Source: Candidatus Doudnabacteria bacterium
GTDB lineage: Bacteria > Patescibacteriota > Doudnabacteria > UBA920
DNA length: 64,000 bases
NCBI GenBank assembly: GCA_023245995.1
Contig: JAHFJH010000003.1
Location: 1,585-65,584, forward strand
Reading direction: 5' to 3'
The notes below the pieces were generated by a model. The model was given only the letters and a program-made list of their open reading frames with translations, searched no databases and was not told the origin of the DNA. Both the position numbers and the translations under genes were made by a program. Shown here piece by piece: positions 1-9,662 of the stretch (within the stretch, counting starts at the first letter, position 1; every line of letters starts with the position of its first letter).

Positions 1-287
1 GTAAGCCGCAACGTAAATTCAGAAACTCCAAACAAAGAAAATAAACCAGCAGTAGTATATATATAAAGAGGGTTTTTATACTCCCCAAAAGCTTTAAAGT
101 ATATTGGTAAGAGTACACCATGTTCGTCACGTGCAGTATGCGCAATCAAATAAGCGTTATACCCTATTGAACTTTCATCTACATATAATCCGCGTGGCAA
201 AGTAGACAAACGCCACACGTGAACAAAAACTAAAAGTGTAAGTATAAGTGCAAGAATAAGTCGGAAAAAAAGTGAATTACCATGCAT
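1..287 (-). CDS. GT-C family glycosyltransferase (ArnT/PMT-like), N-terminal part; the 3' end runs off the window
   Basis: Minus-strand translation from the ATG at 287 gives MHGNSLFFRLILALILTLLVFVHVWRLSTLPRGLYVDESSIGYNAYLIAHTARDEHGVLLPIYFKAFGEYKNPLYIYTTAGLF. The DE..GY.AY..A....GDW-like motif and the hydrophobic N-terminus are typical of the ArnT/PMT family. It is not in the ORF track because there is no stop inside the window. Confidence 0.5.
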   Translation of the reverse strand, partial: MHGNSLFFRLILALILTLLVFVHVWRLSTLPRGLYVDESSIGYNAYLIAHTARDEHGVLLPIYFKAFGEYKNPLYIYTTAGLFSLFGVSEFTLRL

Positions 288-418
288 AAAGTTTTGCTAC
301 TTTTTAGTATACTTTTCTCCCAAAAGAGCAAAAGTTGCTTCCCACTATAAATAAGATGCAAAGCGCTATAACTGAAATGACACAGAGATCTTTTTTAAAT
401 AAATATATAGCTTTTGCT

Positions 419-625
419 TTATTTATTTTTGTTCTTAACAAATTTTGGTTTTACAGAGATTATTCGCTGAGGCTTTGGCGCTTCATTCCACAACCTTCTA
501 TCATTTTCACGACTTGCCTTAAGGCAAGGCAAATGCAGATTGTATGTTTCTTTATTTTCGAACCAATCCCCGCAATCAGGACAAACTTCGCCAGCGTGAC
601 GATCTACAAACTCTCCTCTTGGCAT
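419..625 (-). CDS. small hypothetical protein with a CPDCG...C zinc-ribbon-like motif
   Basis: 68-aa ORF MPRGEFVDRHAGEVCPDCGDWFENKETYNLHLPCLKA... with cysteine pairs and a basic tail. No clear SD. It is more plausible than the overlapping plus-strand ORF 335..646. Confidence 0.3.
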   Translation of the reverse strand: MPRGEFVDRHAGEVCPDCGDWFENKETYNLHLPCLKASRENDRRLWNEAPKPQRIISVKPKFVKNKNK

Positions 626-728
626 ACAATATTGTTAGCCAATTAACCTTTATAAGTATACCAAACCTAAAAAAAGACTGTCCCGCTATAGGCGGAGACA
701 GTCTTTTCTATAAGCTAGAACCTAGCAA

Positions 729-1916
729 CTACTTTAGTATTTTTGTAACAACACCAGCACCAACAGTTCTACCACCTTCACGGATAGCGAACTTGCCTTT
801 TTCTTCCAAGGCGACTGGAGTAATAAGTTTAATTGTTACTGTAATGGTATCGCCAGGCATAACCATTTCTGTACCTTCAGGTAAGGTTACTTCACCAGTT
901 ACGTCTGTTGTACGAACGTAAAACTGTGGTTTATAGCCTTTAAAGAATGGAGTGTGGCGTCCACCTTCTTCTTTAGTAAGAATGTAAACTTCAGCAGTAA
1001 ACTCAGTATGAGGAGTAATAGAGCCAGGCTTGGCCAAAACTTGACCGCGCTCAACTTCTTCCTTCTTCACACCGCGAAGTAGTACACCTGCGTTGTCGCC
1101 TGCAAGACCTTTGTCCAGTTGCTTGTTAAACATCTCAATACCAGTAGCAACGGTCTTCGTTGTAGGCTTGAGTCCGACAATTTCAATTTCGTCGTTTATG
1201 TTCAACGTACCGCGTTCAATACGGCCAGTTACCACAGTACCACGTCCTTCAATAGTAAAGATGTCTTCTATTGGCATTAGGAACGGCTGGTCTACTGCGC
1301 GCTCTGGTTGTGGAATGTAAGAGTCCAAAGCTTCTACTAATTTTAGAATAGAAGGTTCGCCAATTTCACTCTGATCGCCTTCCATAGCCTTAAGCGCGCT
1401 ACCACGAATAATTGGAGTGGTGGCACCTGGGAACTCATACTTGGTAAGAAGATCGCGAATCTCTTCTTCTACAAGATCCAACAATTCTGCATCTTGCACC
1501 ATGTCTACTTTGTTCATGTACACAACAATGTATGGCACACCAACTTGGCGAGCAAGCAAAATGTGTTCACGAGTCTGTGGCATAGGACCGTCTGCTGCAC
1601 TAACAACCAAGATTGCACCGTCCATTTGAGCGGCACCGGTAATCATGTTCTTAATGTAGTCGGCGTGTCCTGGACAATCTACGTGCGCATAGTGGCGCTT
1701 GTCAGACTCGTATTCAACGTGAGCTGTGTTAATGGTAATACCACGGGCTTTTTCTTCCGGGGCATTGTCAATTTGGTCATAGGCGCGAGCCTTAGACTTT
1801 CCCGTCTTTGCAAGCACGGTTGTAATGGCCGCAGTTAAAGTGGTTTTACCGTGGTCGACGTGACCAATGGTACCCACGTTTATGTGCGGCTTGGAGCGAT
1901 CAAACGCTTCTGCCAT
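729..1916 (-). CDS. tuf: elongation factor Tu
   Basis: 395 aa: [32 protein letters not shown]...DCPGHADY...NKVD. Full-length EF-Tu with the G1-G4 GTPase motifs. Confidence 0.97.
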   Translation of the reverse strand: MAEAFDRSKPHINVGTIGHVDHGKTTLTAAITTVLAKTGKSKARAYDQIDNAPEEKARGITINTAHVEYESDKRHYAHVDCPGHADYIKNMITGAAQMDGAILVVSAADGPMPQTREHILLARQVGVPYIVVYMNKVDMVQDAELLDLVEEEIRDLLTKYEFPGATTPIIRGSALKAMEGDQSEIGEPSILKLVEALDSYIPQPERAVDQPFLMPIEDIFTIEGRGTVVTGRIERGTLNINDEIEIVGLKPTTKTVATGIEMFNKQLDKGLAGDNAGVLLRGVKKEEVERGQVLAKPGSITPHTEFTAEVYILTKEEGGRHTPFFKGYKPQFYVRTTDVTGEVTLPEGTEMVMPGDTITVTIKLITPVALEEKGKFAIREGGRTVGAGVVTKILK

Positions 1917-2179
1917 TGTTCTATTCCTTCATCGCCCGAGAAATCCTCGCCCCTGCATCTGTATAGACAGATTCAGAGCCGAGGGACTCTCTTTTTTACC
2001 GCAGGTCACCCATAGCTTTGCGCGAAGGGTGATAAACCACGATTATCCAGAGCGAAATTAATTAATAATTAACCAATAATAAGCGCGCTTCAGTTTCCTG
2101 TGCGCTATAGAGATTATAGAGAATAACTGGCTTCCATGTCAAACAGTACAACCGCATGGCTAAAAGCTGTAAATACCAA

Positions 2180-2215
2180 AAAAAGATGCGTATAGGAAAA
2201 CCCTCATCTTGTATA
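2180..2215 (-). terminator. intrinsic terminator downstream of the Phd-like gene
   Basis: Minus strand reads AAGAUGAGGGUUUUCCUAUACGCAUCUU followed by UUUUUUUGG, a stem-loop plus U-run. Confidence 0.4.
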
Positions 2216-2247
2216 TAAAAATATAATAAAACTACTATCAAAAAAGA

Positions 2248-2610
2248 TTAAAGGTCGTCGGGAGCATCAAAGTCGAAACTCGGGTCTATAACTTCTTCCC
2301 GCAAATCATGTTTTGGTAGGTTGGTCTTTATTTGTGGTGGGAACGTGGAAGGATACGGATTTCGCGCCGCAGGAGCCGTCCCTACTTTAAGCGCCTGTTC
2401 TGCTAACTGCGCCTTTAATATTTCTTCATTTACCACTGCTGGATCTGGCACGTTTGGAGATTGAAAATTAGAGATTGGAAGTTTCTGCTTCAGTTTACCG
2501 TACTCCTCCACCCCCATAAGCACGAGCTGAACATTTCCCTGCTCATCCATAATAAAAACCTTCCCCGCTTCCTGTTTACAAAGTTTTACAATGTCTTCCA
2601 AAGTTTTCAT
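2248..2610 (-). CDS. Phd/YefM-like antitoxin-domain protein with a Pro/Asp-rich C-terminal tail; no cognate toxin adjacent
   Basis: The N-terminal segment LEDIVKLCKQEAGKVFIMDEQGNVQLVLMGVEEYGKLKQ matches the Phd/YefM pattern (..ilitr.g..v.vlms.eeY..L). The C-terminal 70 aa are low-complexity P/D/E-rich. Confidence 0.45.
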   Translation of the reverse strand: MKTLEDIVKLCKQEAGKVFIMDEQGNVQLVLMGVEEYGKLKQKLPISNFQSPNVPDPAVVNEEILKAQLAEQALKVGTAPAARNPYPSTFPPQIKTNLPKHDLREEVIDPSFDFDAPDDL

Positions 2611-2794
2611 ATAAAAAAATTACTAGCCACCCCATAATACCCTAAATACCGCCCGGAGTCGAGCACGATAATACGCATACGGAACGCTATCCTAGCCATT
2701 TGAAATCTATTTTTCAATACGCTATACTTGCTTATTCTTCTTATGGGCTCAGTACGAAATATGAGAAAATTGACCAGACACATAATCTTCACAT

Positions 2795-3703
2795 ATGCAA
2801 AATAGGTTAGCCATTGGTGTTTGCGCAAAGAATGAAGAAGGGGGCATTGCGACTTGCCTTACGAGTATCCTAAAATCTGCGAACAGATTATCTTGTGACT
2901 GGAACCTATACATATGCGTAAACGGATCTACGGATTCTACTTTGGTACAAATTCACAGATGGATAACAAAAACGGGATTCCAATGCAAAGTGTTAGTGCT
3001 GCCGCATGCAAACCTAGTTGAAGCCCAGAGATGCATTGTGAACCAAGCAGTAGTAGACAAATGTAACTATTACGGATTTATTGACGCTGACACCAAAATT
3101 CACAAATACTGTATCCCCTATCTTATGGATAGAATTGTTAAAAATAAAAACATCAAAGCAGTTTACGGGCTATCCATACCTTCCAAAACGCATAAGCCAA
3201 CCCTCATTGAAAGGATAATGAATAACTATGACCAACCGAAAGCAGAAGTGTACTCTGCGCGCAAACACCTACACGGCAGAGCCTTTATCACCACAGACTG
3301 GAATATTCCCAAAAATATAGAAGAACCGCTGATTTGCGATGATATTTATCTCTCGTGCTATTTACTAAAAAAATATGGAGAACAGAGCATACAAGGCGTT
3401 GAGAATGCACAAGTTCAATTTAAACAAATTAGATCGTTTGAAGACTACTATAAGCTCTACAAAAGACATAAGCTTGAAAAAGACAAGGTATTAAAAAACT
3501 ATAACGAATTTAAGACATTGCCCACAGATCAAGTGTATCGACAATTCTTACCTAAAAACCTTTTACACGACTCATTGAAAAACGGCCTGTTATGGGTGCT
3601 TCTGTTAGGCATAAAACAAGTAGCGAGTTATAGGTTGACCATAGAAAAGCTCTTTTACCCACACGTAAAGCCTCAATGGGAAGAAACACTAACCAGTAAG
3701 TAA
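2795..3703 (+). CDS. family-2 glycosyltransferase (GT-A fold)
   Basis: The N-terminus IGVCAKNEEGGIATCLTSI resembles the GT2 '.v.IPa.NEe..i...l.S' start. A DxD-type GFIDADT motif is also present. Length is 302 aa. Confidence 0.55.
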   Translation: MQNRLAIGVCAKNEEGGIATCLTSILKSANRLSCDWNLYICVNGSTDSTLVQIHRWITKTGFQCKVLVLPHANLVEAQRCIVNQAVVDKCNYYGFIDADTKIHKYCIPYLMDRIVKNKNIKAVYGLSIPSKTHKPTLIERIMNNYDQPKAEVYSARKHLHGRAFITTDWNIPKNIEEPLICDDIYLSCYLLKKYGEQSIQGVENAQVQFKQIRSFEDYYKLYKRHKLEKDKVLKNYNEFKTLPTDQVYRQFLPKNLLHDSLKNGLLWVLLLGIKQVASYRLTIEKLFYPHVKPQWEETLTSK

Positions 3704-3707
3704 GTGT

Positions 3708-4301
3708 ATGAAGATAATCATTTTCGAAGGCATTTGCACAAGCGGAAAATCATCGGTTATACAAAAATTAAAAAGAATTCTCAGCGAACGCAAACTACCA
3801 TGCAATATTGTTACAGAGGATGAAGTTAAAAAAGCGATGTTTGCCAACACGGACATGACAAAGAGTATTCTCCGTATGGAAAAGTTCCTTGCTAAAAACG
3901 TACATAGCAAAAAGAACGTTTTGTTTGATCGTTTATATTTATCTTTGGTAGACAGATGCGAACAACCGGACTCATTGTTTAAAAACCTAGAGGAACGCAT
4001 TATTAAACACAATGCATCAATAGTATTTTTGTATATTCCACCCCGAAGTATAAAAATTCGTTTATCTGGTGCGTCGCTCCATCGCGGAACAAAATGGAAG
4101 AATTATCTAGATGGTTTAGGTGGTATAGAAATGGCTACCACATATTACTCAAACCAACAAAAGAAAATACTGCGATACTTAAAACAATGCTCAGTTCCTC
4201 ATATCATTTACAACACAGAGAGTAGAGACTACGAGCACATATCTGAAAAAATATACAAAACTCTTATTAAACCACCAAAAGACCGTCTCCCTACGCGGTA
4301 A
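3708..4301 (+). CDS. P-loop nucleoside/nucleotide kinase-like protein
   Basis: Walker A motif IFEGICTSGKSS at the extreme N-terminus and a size of 197 aa fit the dNK/thymidylate-kinase/zeta-toxin-like kinase fold class. The 4-nt gap to the upstream GT2 gene suggests an operon. Confidence 0.5.
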   Translation: MKIIIFEGICTSGKSSVIQKLKRILSERKLPCNIVTEDEVKKAMFANTDMTKSILRMEKFLAKNVHSKKNVLFDRLYLSLVDRCEQPDSLFKNLEERIIKHNASIVFLYIPPRSIKIRLSGASLHRGTKWKNYLDGLGGIEMATTYYSNQQKKILRYLKQCSVPHIIYNTESRDYEHISEKIYKTLIKPPKDRLPTR

Positions 4302-4320
4302 GACGGTCTTTTTCTTTCTT
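4279..4320. terminator. bidirectional intrinsic terminator between the kinase gene (+) and fusA (-)
   Basis: Inverted repeat aagaccgtct-(12 nt)-agacggtctt, followed by tttttctttc on the plus strand and UUUUGG on the minus strand. Confidence 0.6.
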
Positions 4321-4362
4321 TAACCTAAAACCTAGTAGCTAGCACCTATAAGCTACTCGGAA

Positions 4363-6486
4363 TTACATACCCTTACGAACATTTATACCGGCACGACTTT
4401 CTATAATCTTTTGAGCAATATTATTTGGTACTTCGCCGTAGTGGTCAAATTCCATACTGTAGCTCGCTTGGCCTTGTGTCATGGAACGCAAACTTGTGGC
4501 ATAGCCAAACATTTCCGACAAGGGAACCATGGCATCTATAATTTTCAAGTGCAAGCGATCTGTCATTTCGTTTATCTGTGCGCGCTTAGAATTTAAGTCG
4601 CCAATGACGTCACCCATGTTTGACTCTGGTGTGGTAACTTCCACTTTCATAATCGGCTCTAAAATTACTGGGTTCGCGCGTTTAACTGCTTCCTGCAAAG
4701 CCTTGCTGGCTGCAATTTTAAACGCCATTTCAGAAGAGTCTACTTCGTGGTAGCTACCGTCGTAAACTGCCGCACTAAAATCTACCAGTGGGTACCCTGC
4801 AATAACACCGTTAGCAGCCGATTCCTGAATACCTTTGTCTATTGGCTTTATGTATTCTTTTGGAATAACACCACCAACAACTTCATCTTTAAATTCATAA
4901 CCCTTACCGCGTTCTAGAGGCTCTACTCGCAAGTAGACATGGCCGTACTGTCCACGACCACCAGTTTGACGAATGTATTTATTTTCCGCAGTGGCAGTAC
5001 CTTTAATAGCCTCTTTGTAAGCAACCTCTGGTTTACCCACATTGGCTTCCACTTTAAACTCGCGCTTCATGCGGTCTACAATAATTTCCAAATGCAACTC
5101 ACCCATACCGGCAATAAGAGTTTGGCCGGTTTCTTCGTTGGAGGTAATTTTAAATGTCGGGTCTTCTTCTGCCAACTTTTGCATAGCAATACCCATTTTT
5201 TCTTGGTCTGCTTTGGTCTTTGGCTCTATGGCCATGGAAATAACAGGGTCAGCAAACTTGATTGACTCTAAAACAACCGGCTTATCTACATCACAAAGTG
5301 TATCTCCTGTAAAAGTGTCTTTGGGGCCAACTAAGGCACAAATATCTCCGGCAAAAACTTCTTTTACTTCGTCGCGTTCGTCTGCTTTCATGCGAACTAT
5401 ACGACCCACGCGCTCTTTGTTGCCGGTACGCGCATTCAACACATACGAGCCTGCTTCAAGCGTTCCGGAATACACACGGAAGAAACACAAGCGTCCTACA
5501 AACGGGTCGGTAGCAATTTTAAACGCTAAAGCAGAAAAAGGTTCAGTGTCACTTGGGTTGCGTAAAACTTCTTCGCCCGTTTTAAGGTCGTGGCCTTTTA
5601 CTGAGCCCTTATCTGTTGGACTTGGTAAAAAGTTCACCACTGCATCTAACATCATTTGTACTATTATGCCTCGGTTGTCTCCACCAATAACTGGGAAAAA
5701 CTGGCCGGACTGAGTAGCCTTACGAATAGTTTGCAAAAGTTCAAGTTCCGTAAGCTCCGCTCCAGATAGATACTTTTCCATGACTACATCGTCGTACTCC
5801 ACAACTTTTTCTATAAGCTTATGGCGCCACTCTTTGGAGAGTTCTACCATATCGGCAGGAATTTCGCCTACTGTAAACTCTTTGTCGTGGAATTCTTTGT
5901 AGGTATAAGCTTTCATTTGCACCAAGTCCACCACACCACAAATATCTTTCTCAAACCCAATTGGAAGCTGCACTGGCATTGCGTTTGGGTTCAAGCGTTT
6001 TTGAATAGACTCTAAGGATTTATAAAAATCGCCACCGGTCTGGTTAATCTTATTTATAGAACAGACACGTGGCACACCATACTTGTCTGCTTGGCGCCAT
6101 ACCGTTTCGCTTTGTGGCTCTACACCCATTTTACCGTCGAACACAGTAACAGCACCATCAAGCACGCGAAGAGACCTTTCTACCTCTACAGTAAAATCTA
6201 CGTGTCCAGGAGTGTCTATGATGTTAATTTTATATTTCTGGTCTGCTGCCAACTTTATGTGCTGAGGGCTCCAATAACAAGTAACAGCCGCGCTTGTGAT
6301 TGTAATACCACGTTCGCGTTCCTGTTCCATCCAGTCAGTTACAGTTTCACCTTCGTGCACCGCACCAATTTTATGAATCATACCGGTGTTAAACAAAACA
6401 CCTTCTGTTGTTGTGGTCTTACCCGCGTCAATGTGGGCAATAATACCAATATTACGGGTCGCTTCTATAGGGTATTCTCTGGGCAT
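4363..6486 (-). CDS. fusA: elongation factor G
   Basis: 707 aa: [28 protein letters not shown]...DTPGHVDF. Canonical EF-G. Confidence 0.97.
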   Translation of the reverse strand: MPREYPIEATRNIGIIAHIDAGKTTTTEGVLFNTGMIHKIGAVHEGETVTDWMEQERERGITITSAAVTCYWSPQHIKLAADQKYKINIIDTPGHVDFTVEVERSLRVLDGAVTVFDGKMGVEPQSETVWRQADKYGVPRVCSINKINQTGGDFYKSLESIQKRLNPNAMPVQLPIGFEKDICGVVDLVQMKAYTYKEFHDKEFTVGEIPADMVELSKEWRHKLIEKVVEYDDVVMEKYLSGAELTELELLQTIRKATQSGQFFPVIGGDNRGIIVQMMLDAVVNFLPSPTDKGSVKGHDLKTGEEVLRNPSDTEPFSALAFKIATDPFVGRLCFFRVYSGTLEAGSYVLNARTGNKERVGRIVRMKADERDEVKEVFAGDICALVGPKDTFTGDTLCDVDKPVVLESIKFADPVISMAIEPKTKADQEKMGIAMQKLAEEDPTFKITSNEETGQTLIAGMGELHLEIIVDRMKREFKVEANVGKPEVAYKEAIKGTATAENKYIRQTGGRGQYGHVYLRVEPLERGKGYEFKDEVVGGVIPKEYIKPIDKGIQESAANGVIAGYPLVDFSAAVYDGSYHEVDSSEMAFKIAASKALQEAVKRANPVILEPIMKVEVTTPESNMGDVIGDLNSKRAQINEMTDRLHLKIIDAMVPLSEMFGYATSLRSMTQGQASYSMEFDHYGEVPNNIAQKIIESRAGINVRKGM

Positions 6487-6605
6487 AGTAGTAAAATTTC
6501 CAATTTTTAATTTTGCAATTTTTAATAAATGCTTAAATGCATTAGGCTTTAAACATTTATAAATTGAAAATTCATTAAAAATTAAAAATTATAAAAATTA
6601 AAAAT

Positions 6606-7166
6606 TTATTTTCTCTTATTACCGAACCGTGCAAAGTGCGCAAAGGCTTTGTTAGACTCTGCCATACGGTGAGTGTCTTCGCGCTTTTTGTACGCGTTAC
6701 CAAGTTTGTTGTATGCATCTATCATTTCTGCGGCTAGCTTTTCACCCATTGGAGCGCCCTTGCGAGCTCGGGCAGCATTTATAAGCCACTTCATACCAAG
6801 TGTAGTTTTGCGTGGTTCTTGTACTTCCATTGGTACCTGATAGTTGGACCCGCCAATGCGACGACCCTTAACTTCAACCATTGGGCTAACATTTTTTAAA
6901 GCAATTTCAAAAACTTGTTTACCATCTAAAGACTTATCCGCAGTCTCTTTAGAGTCCGTAGAACCGGCACCAGTGGAAGGATTGCTTGCACTTAGCGCGG
7001 CCATTTTCTCGGTTACAGTATCTATGGCAGTGTAGAATATCTTTTGAGCAACAGTTTTCTTGCCCCGTTCCATGAGGTAGTTAATAAACTTTGCGTACTT
7101 TACACTGTTAAATTTTGGATCAGCCGTAGGAATACGGCGTTCGTAACTTCTTGCTCTTCTTGGCAT
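6606..7166 (-). CDS. rpsG: 30S ribosomal protein S7
   Basis: MPRRARSYERRIPTADPKFNSVKYAKFINYLMERGKKTVAQKIFY...; 186 aa with an internal Ser/Thr/Gly-rich insertion. Confidence 0.95.
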   Translation of the reverse strand: MPRRARSYERRIPTADPKFNSVKYAKFINYLMERGKKTVAQKIFYTAIDTVTEKMAALSASNPSTGAGSTDSKETADKSLDGKQVFEIALKNVSPMVEVKGRRIGGSNYQVPMEVQEPRKTTLGMKWLINAARARKGAPMGEKLAAEMIDAYNKLGNAYKKREDTHRMAESNKAFAHFARFGNKRK

Positions 7167-7249
7167 ATATGTAATAGCTTCTAGGTTCTAGCTAATAGGT
7201 GCTAGCTCAAGATTTCTCTAGAAGCTAGTTCCTAGCAGCTAGAAGCTAC

Positions 7250-7666
7250 TTAGGCTTTCTTGTTCTTAGCGCCGTATTTAGAACGACCACGCTTTCTCCC
7301 GTCGACTCCGAGAGTGTCTAACTTACCTCTAACTATGTGGTAACGTACACCAGCCAAATCTTTTACTCTTCCACCACGAAGTAGTACCACGCTATGTTCT
7401 TGCAAATTGTGCCCAACTCCAGGAATGTAGGCCAAAACTTCCATGCCATTGGTAAGTTTTACCTTGGCCACTTTACGTAAAGCAGAGTTAGGTTTACGAG
7501 GAGTAGTAGTGTACACCTTTAAACAAACGCCACGAATAAAAGGAGCTCCTTTTATTTCTATGGGCTTATTTTTTATTAAATTAATGCGACGGCGGAGTGC
7601 CGGAGACGCAGGTTTTACCCGTAAGGGTTTGCGGCCTTTTCTGACCAGCTGATTTATTGTTGGCAT
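7250..7666 (-). CDS. rpsL: 30S ribosomal protein S12
   Basis: [24 protein letters not shown]...[17 protein letters not shown]. Canonical S12. Confidence 0.97.
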   Translation of the reverse strand: MPTINQLVRKGRKPLRVKPASPALRRRINLIKNKPIEIKGAPFIRGVCLKVYTTTPRKPNSALRKVAKVKLTNGMEVLAYIPGVGHNLQEHSVVLLRGGRVKDLAGVRYHIVRGKLDTLGVDGRKRGRSKYGAKNKKA

Positions 7667-7760
7667 TCTTAATTAGTGGCTAGTGATTAGTGGCTAGTGA
7701 TTAGTAATTAAATTCATGAAAAGTGCAGTATTGGCCAGACTAATCACTGTCCACTGTCCA
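7667..7760. repeat. short tandem direct repeats upstream of rpsL
   Basis: ttagtggctagtga occurs twice in tandem at 7673-7700. It is followed by three cactgtc units (cactgtccactgtccactgttcactc). Both blocks begin with taatcact. Confidence 0.4.
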
Positions 7761-7781
7761 CTGTTCACTCAAAATAAAAAC

Positions 7782-7812
7782 CCAAGCAAAGGGTTTTTTG
7801 CTTTTCTTCACT
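7782..7812. terminator. A-run/hairpin/T-run element (possible bidirectional terminator)
   Basis: aaaaaccc-aagcaaa-gggttttttg; the stem is extended by A/T pairing on both strands. Confidence 0.3.
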
Positions 7813-7817
7813 ACCAG

Positions 7818-7853
7818 TACCCGCCTCTTCGGCGGGTCGCCGATGAGGCGACT
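7818..7853. ncRNA. conserved double-hairpin motif, copy 1 (unknown function)
   Basis: tacCCGCCtcttcGGCGGG followed by GTCGCCgatgaGGCGAC. The same two-hairpin unit recurs at 23863-23897 with compensatory stem changes, and partially at 24301-24322. Confidence 0.3.
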
Positions 7854-8122
7854 CCCTTGAAACCTGTAAGGGTTAAACTTCCTAGTAAATGAGACCAAAT
7901 AATAGTAATTCCTTAAAGTTTCGACTCTAAGGGGCTTCCTATTCACTTGTTAAAGAAATTATACCTAAATAAGCCCAAAACCGTCAATATTGACTTTATA
8001 GTCAATATATGCTACAATATCGCATATTTGCTTGCTTATATAGAACATAGAACTTCGATCCTCAATTAAGGGGAACGAATACCTGTAAACGCCCATAAAA
8101 AGTAAGCCAGTAAGGAGGAAAC

Positions 8123-8476
8123 GTGACAGACCAAGAAATGCAGACACTACTAGCTCGCATGCGCGATGCTAAAACTGCAGAAGGGCTTTTTATAGCTGAG
8201 ATCGCCAACAGAAGTGGCCAAGCAGCGGAAAGTCACAGAAGTAATGCCACAACGGTTGTAGCCGCCCTAATTATGATGGCCTATACAGCCTACATTCACT
8301 ACGACTGGCCTCACCCTTTCTCGTGGCTAATGGTTGGAGGATTTTTTCTGGCCGGAGTCGCGTGCATTGGTAGCAAGGTAACAGAAAAAGACTATGTGGA
8401 GTTGTGTCATGGGTGCTGGACGATTGCATTCTTTGTATGGCTAATTTTCATAGCCGTACCGAACATCTTCCTGTAA
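8123..8476 (+). CDS. hypothetical small membrane protein (GTG start)
   Basis: Strong SD taAGGAGGaaacGTG. 117 aa with two or three hydrophobic helices. Confidence 0.5.
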   Translation: MTDQEMQTLLARMRDAKTAEGLFIAEIANRSGQAAESHRSNATTVVAALIMMAYTAYIHYDWPHPFSWLMVGGFFLAGVACIGSKVTEKDYVELCHGCWTIAFFVWLIFIAVPNIFL

Positions 8477-8558
8477 GCCATGGCCTGTTACGCATACTAC
8501 AACTTAAGAGCCTGGAGCGGACCGACTAAACGTCGTCCCCGCTACCAGGCTTTTTCCT

Positions 8559-9617
8559 TTATACGTATGGAGGGCGCAAATTAGCGGGCATATGCTCAAA
8601 CATCAGCTCTTGAGCAATTATTTGTGCTTCCAAATGACTAATATTGACTTCCAAGTGATGAACCCGAATTAAATTTTCCAAGTCCGCAACGTAATCATAC
8701 TCTTTCGGTTGATACTGCGGATTGTCCGCATATCTAAAATACTCTCTAGCTTTTGTCGCCACCAGAGCTTCAAGGTTAGGATACACCTGTTTTGTATTAT
8801 CCCACTTTCCATGCATTCTGATGAGCTCACCGACCTCGCGACTAGATAATCCTAAAGCTTTTAACTGCTCTAGCGTTCCCACAGCATAAGCAGTTTGATA
8901 GTGTTTCCCTTTATACATAGGGCTATGTTCAATTGTGTCTGCCACATCTTGGCGAGACTTCAACACTGAACCATCGCCATACCTATAGGCATGCGCCTCC
9001 TGCAACTCAACACTTTGATGCAACGAGCGTGCTATATCCATTGCACTAAACTTTTTATCAACAAGCAAAGCAATCCGTCTGATAACTCCAGGAAATTGGT
9101 ACCCGTGTGTAGCTTCGTGGTTTAAAGTTCTCACACTGTCTGGTAGGTCTCCATAAGCCGCAAGATGAAACAATGACTCGGCGGTAGACGGCACGGGAGC
9201 TGACATTGTGGCTTCTTTAAAAAAAGGCAAGGGGTTAAATTCTCCGGAGGCATGCGTCATACCTTCATTCCAGGACACTTTTACGTTAAATGGTTTATAA
9301 CCTTCATCAAAGTCATGGAGTATATAATCAAATACACCGGCCTCTTCAAACTCTTCAAAGAAATCAGTCTCTCTTTTTATTTTAAGAAAAGTATCCTTAT
9401 ATAAGGCAGTTAGCTCTGCTGAAGGCAAGGCCTGAATGGCCTCGACCATATAAGGCTGACGAAACTGCAAGAAACGCGGCTTAGTTTTTAGCTCTCTTTG
9501 CCTAGAGAGCAGCTCTTCTATTTTCTTTTCAACGCCCCCAGCCACTGTTTCCTTCTGTTCGACCTCTGTGGGTGTGGACTGCTCGTGCGAACGAAAACTC
9601 ATAAAAATATTAAACAA
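8559..9617 (-). CDS. hypothetical protein with an HExxH motif (possible zinc-dependent hydrolase)
   Basis: 352 aa containing NHEATHGYQ (HEATH). No other family recognised from sequence. Confidence 0.45.
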   Translation of the reverse strand: MFNIFMSFRSHEQSTPTEVEQKETVAGGVEKKIEELLSRQRELKTKPRFLQFRQPYMVEAIQALPSAELTALYKDTFLKIKRETDFFEEFEEAGVFDYILHDFDEGYKPFNVKVSWNEGMTHASGEFNPLPFFKEATMSAPVPSTAESLFHLAAYGDLPDSVRTLNHEATHGYQFPGVIRRIALLVDKKFSAMDIARSLHQSVELQEAHAYRYGDGSVLKSRQDVADTIEHSPMYKGKHYQTAYAVGTLEQLKALGLSSREVGELIRMHGKWDNTKQVYPNLEALVATKAREYFRYADNPQYQPKEYDYVADLENLIRVHHLEVNISHLEAQIIAQELMFEHMPANLRPPYV

Positions 9618-9662
9618 TTAAGTTACTACTTAGTGGAAACTCCGCCTATAAATACAGAAGTA

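Noticed and set aside
335-646. Plus-strand 103-aa ORF between the GT-C gene and tuf
   Set aside because: Low-complexity, Phe/Ile-rich product with no start context. It is antisense to a more plausible Cys-motif small ORF. Treated as spurious.
1093-1838. Several plus-strand ORFs (1093..1320, 1417..1629, 1494..1838) inside tuf, and similar antisense ORFs inside fusA, pnp, leuS, PBP and other genes
   Set aside because: They are antisense to clearly conserved housekeeping genes. They are typical shadow ORFs.
7837-7853. Hammerhead-ribozyme-like core (CCGAUGAG ... GAAAC in copy 1 of the hairpin motif)
   Set aside because: It has CCGAUGAG rather than CUGAUGAG. There is no stem II hairpin between the GAUGAG and GAAAC elements. 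Copy 2 lacks GAAAC entirely. The hairpin-loop interpretation with covariation fits better.
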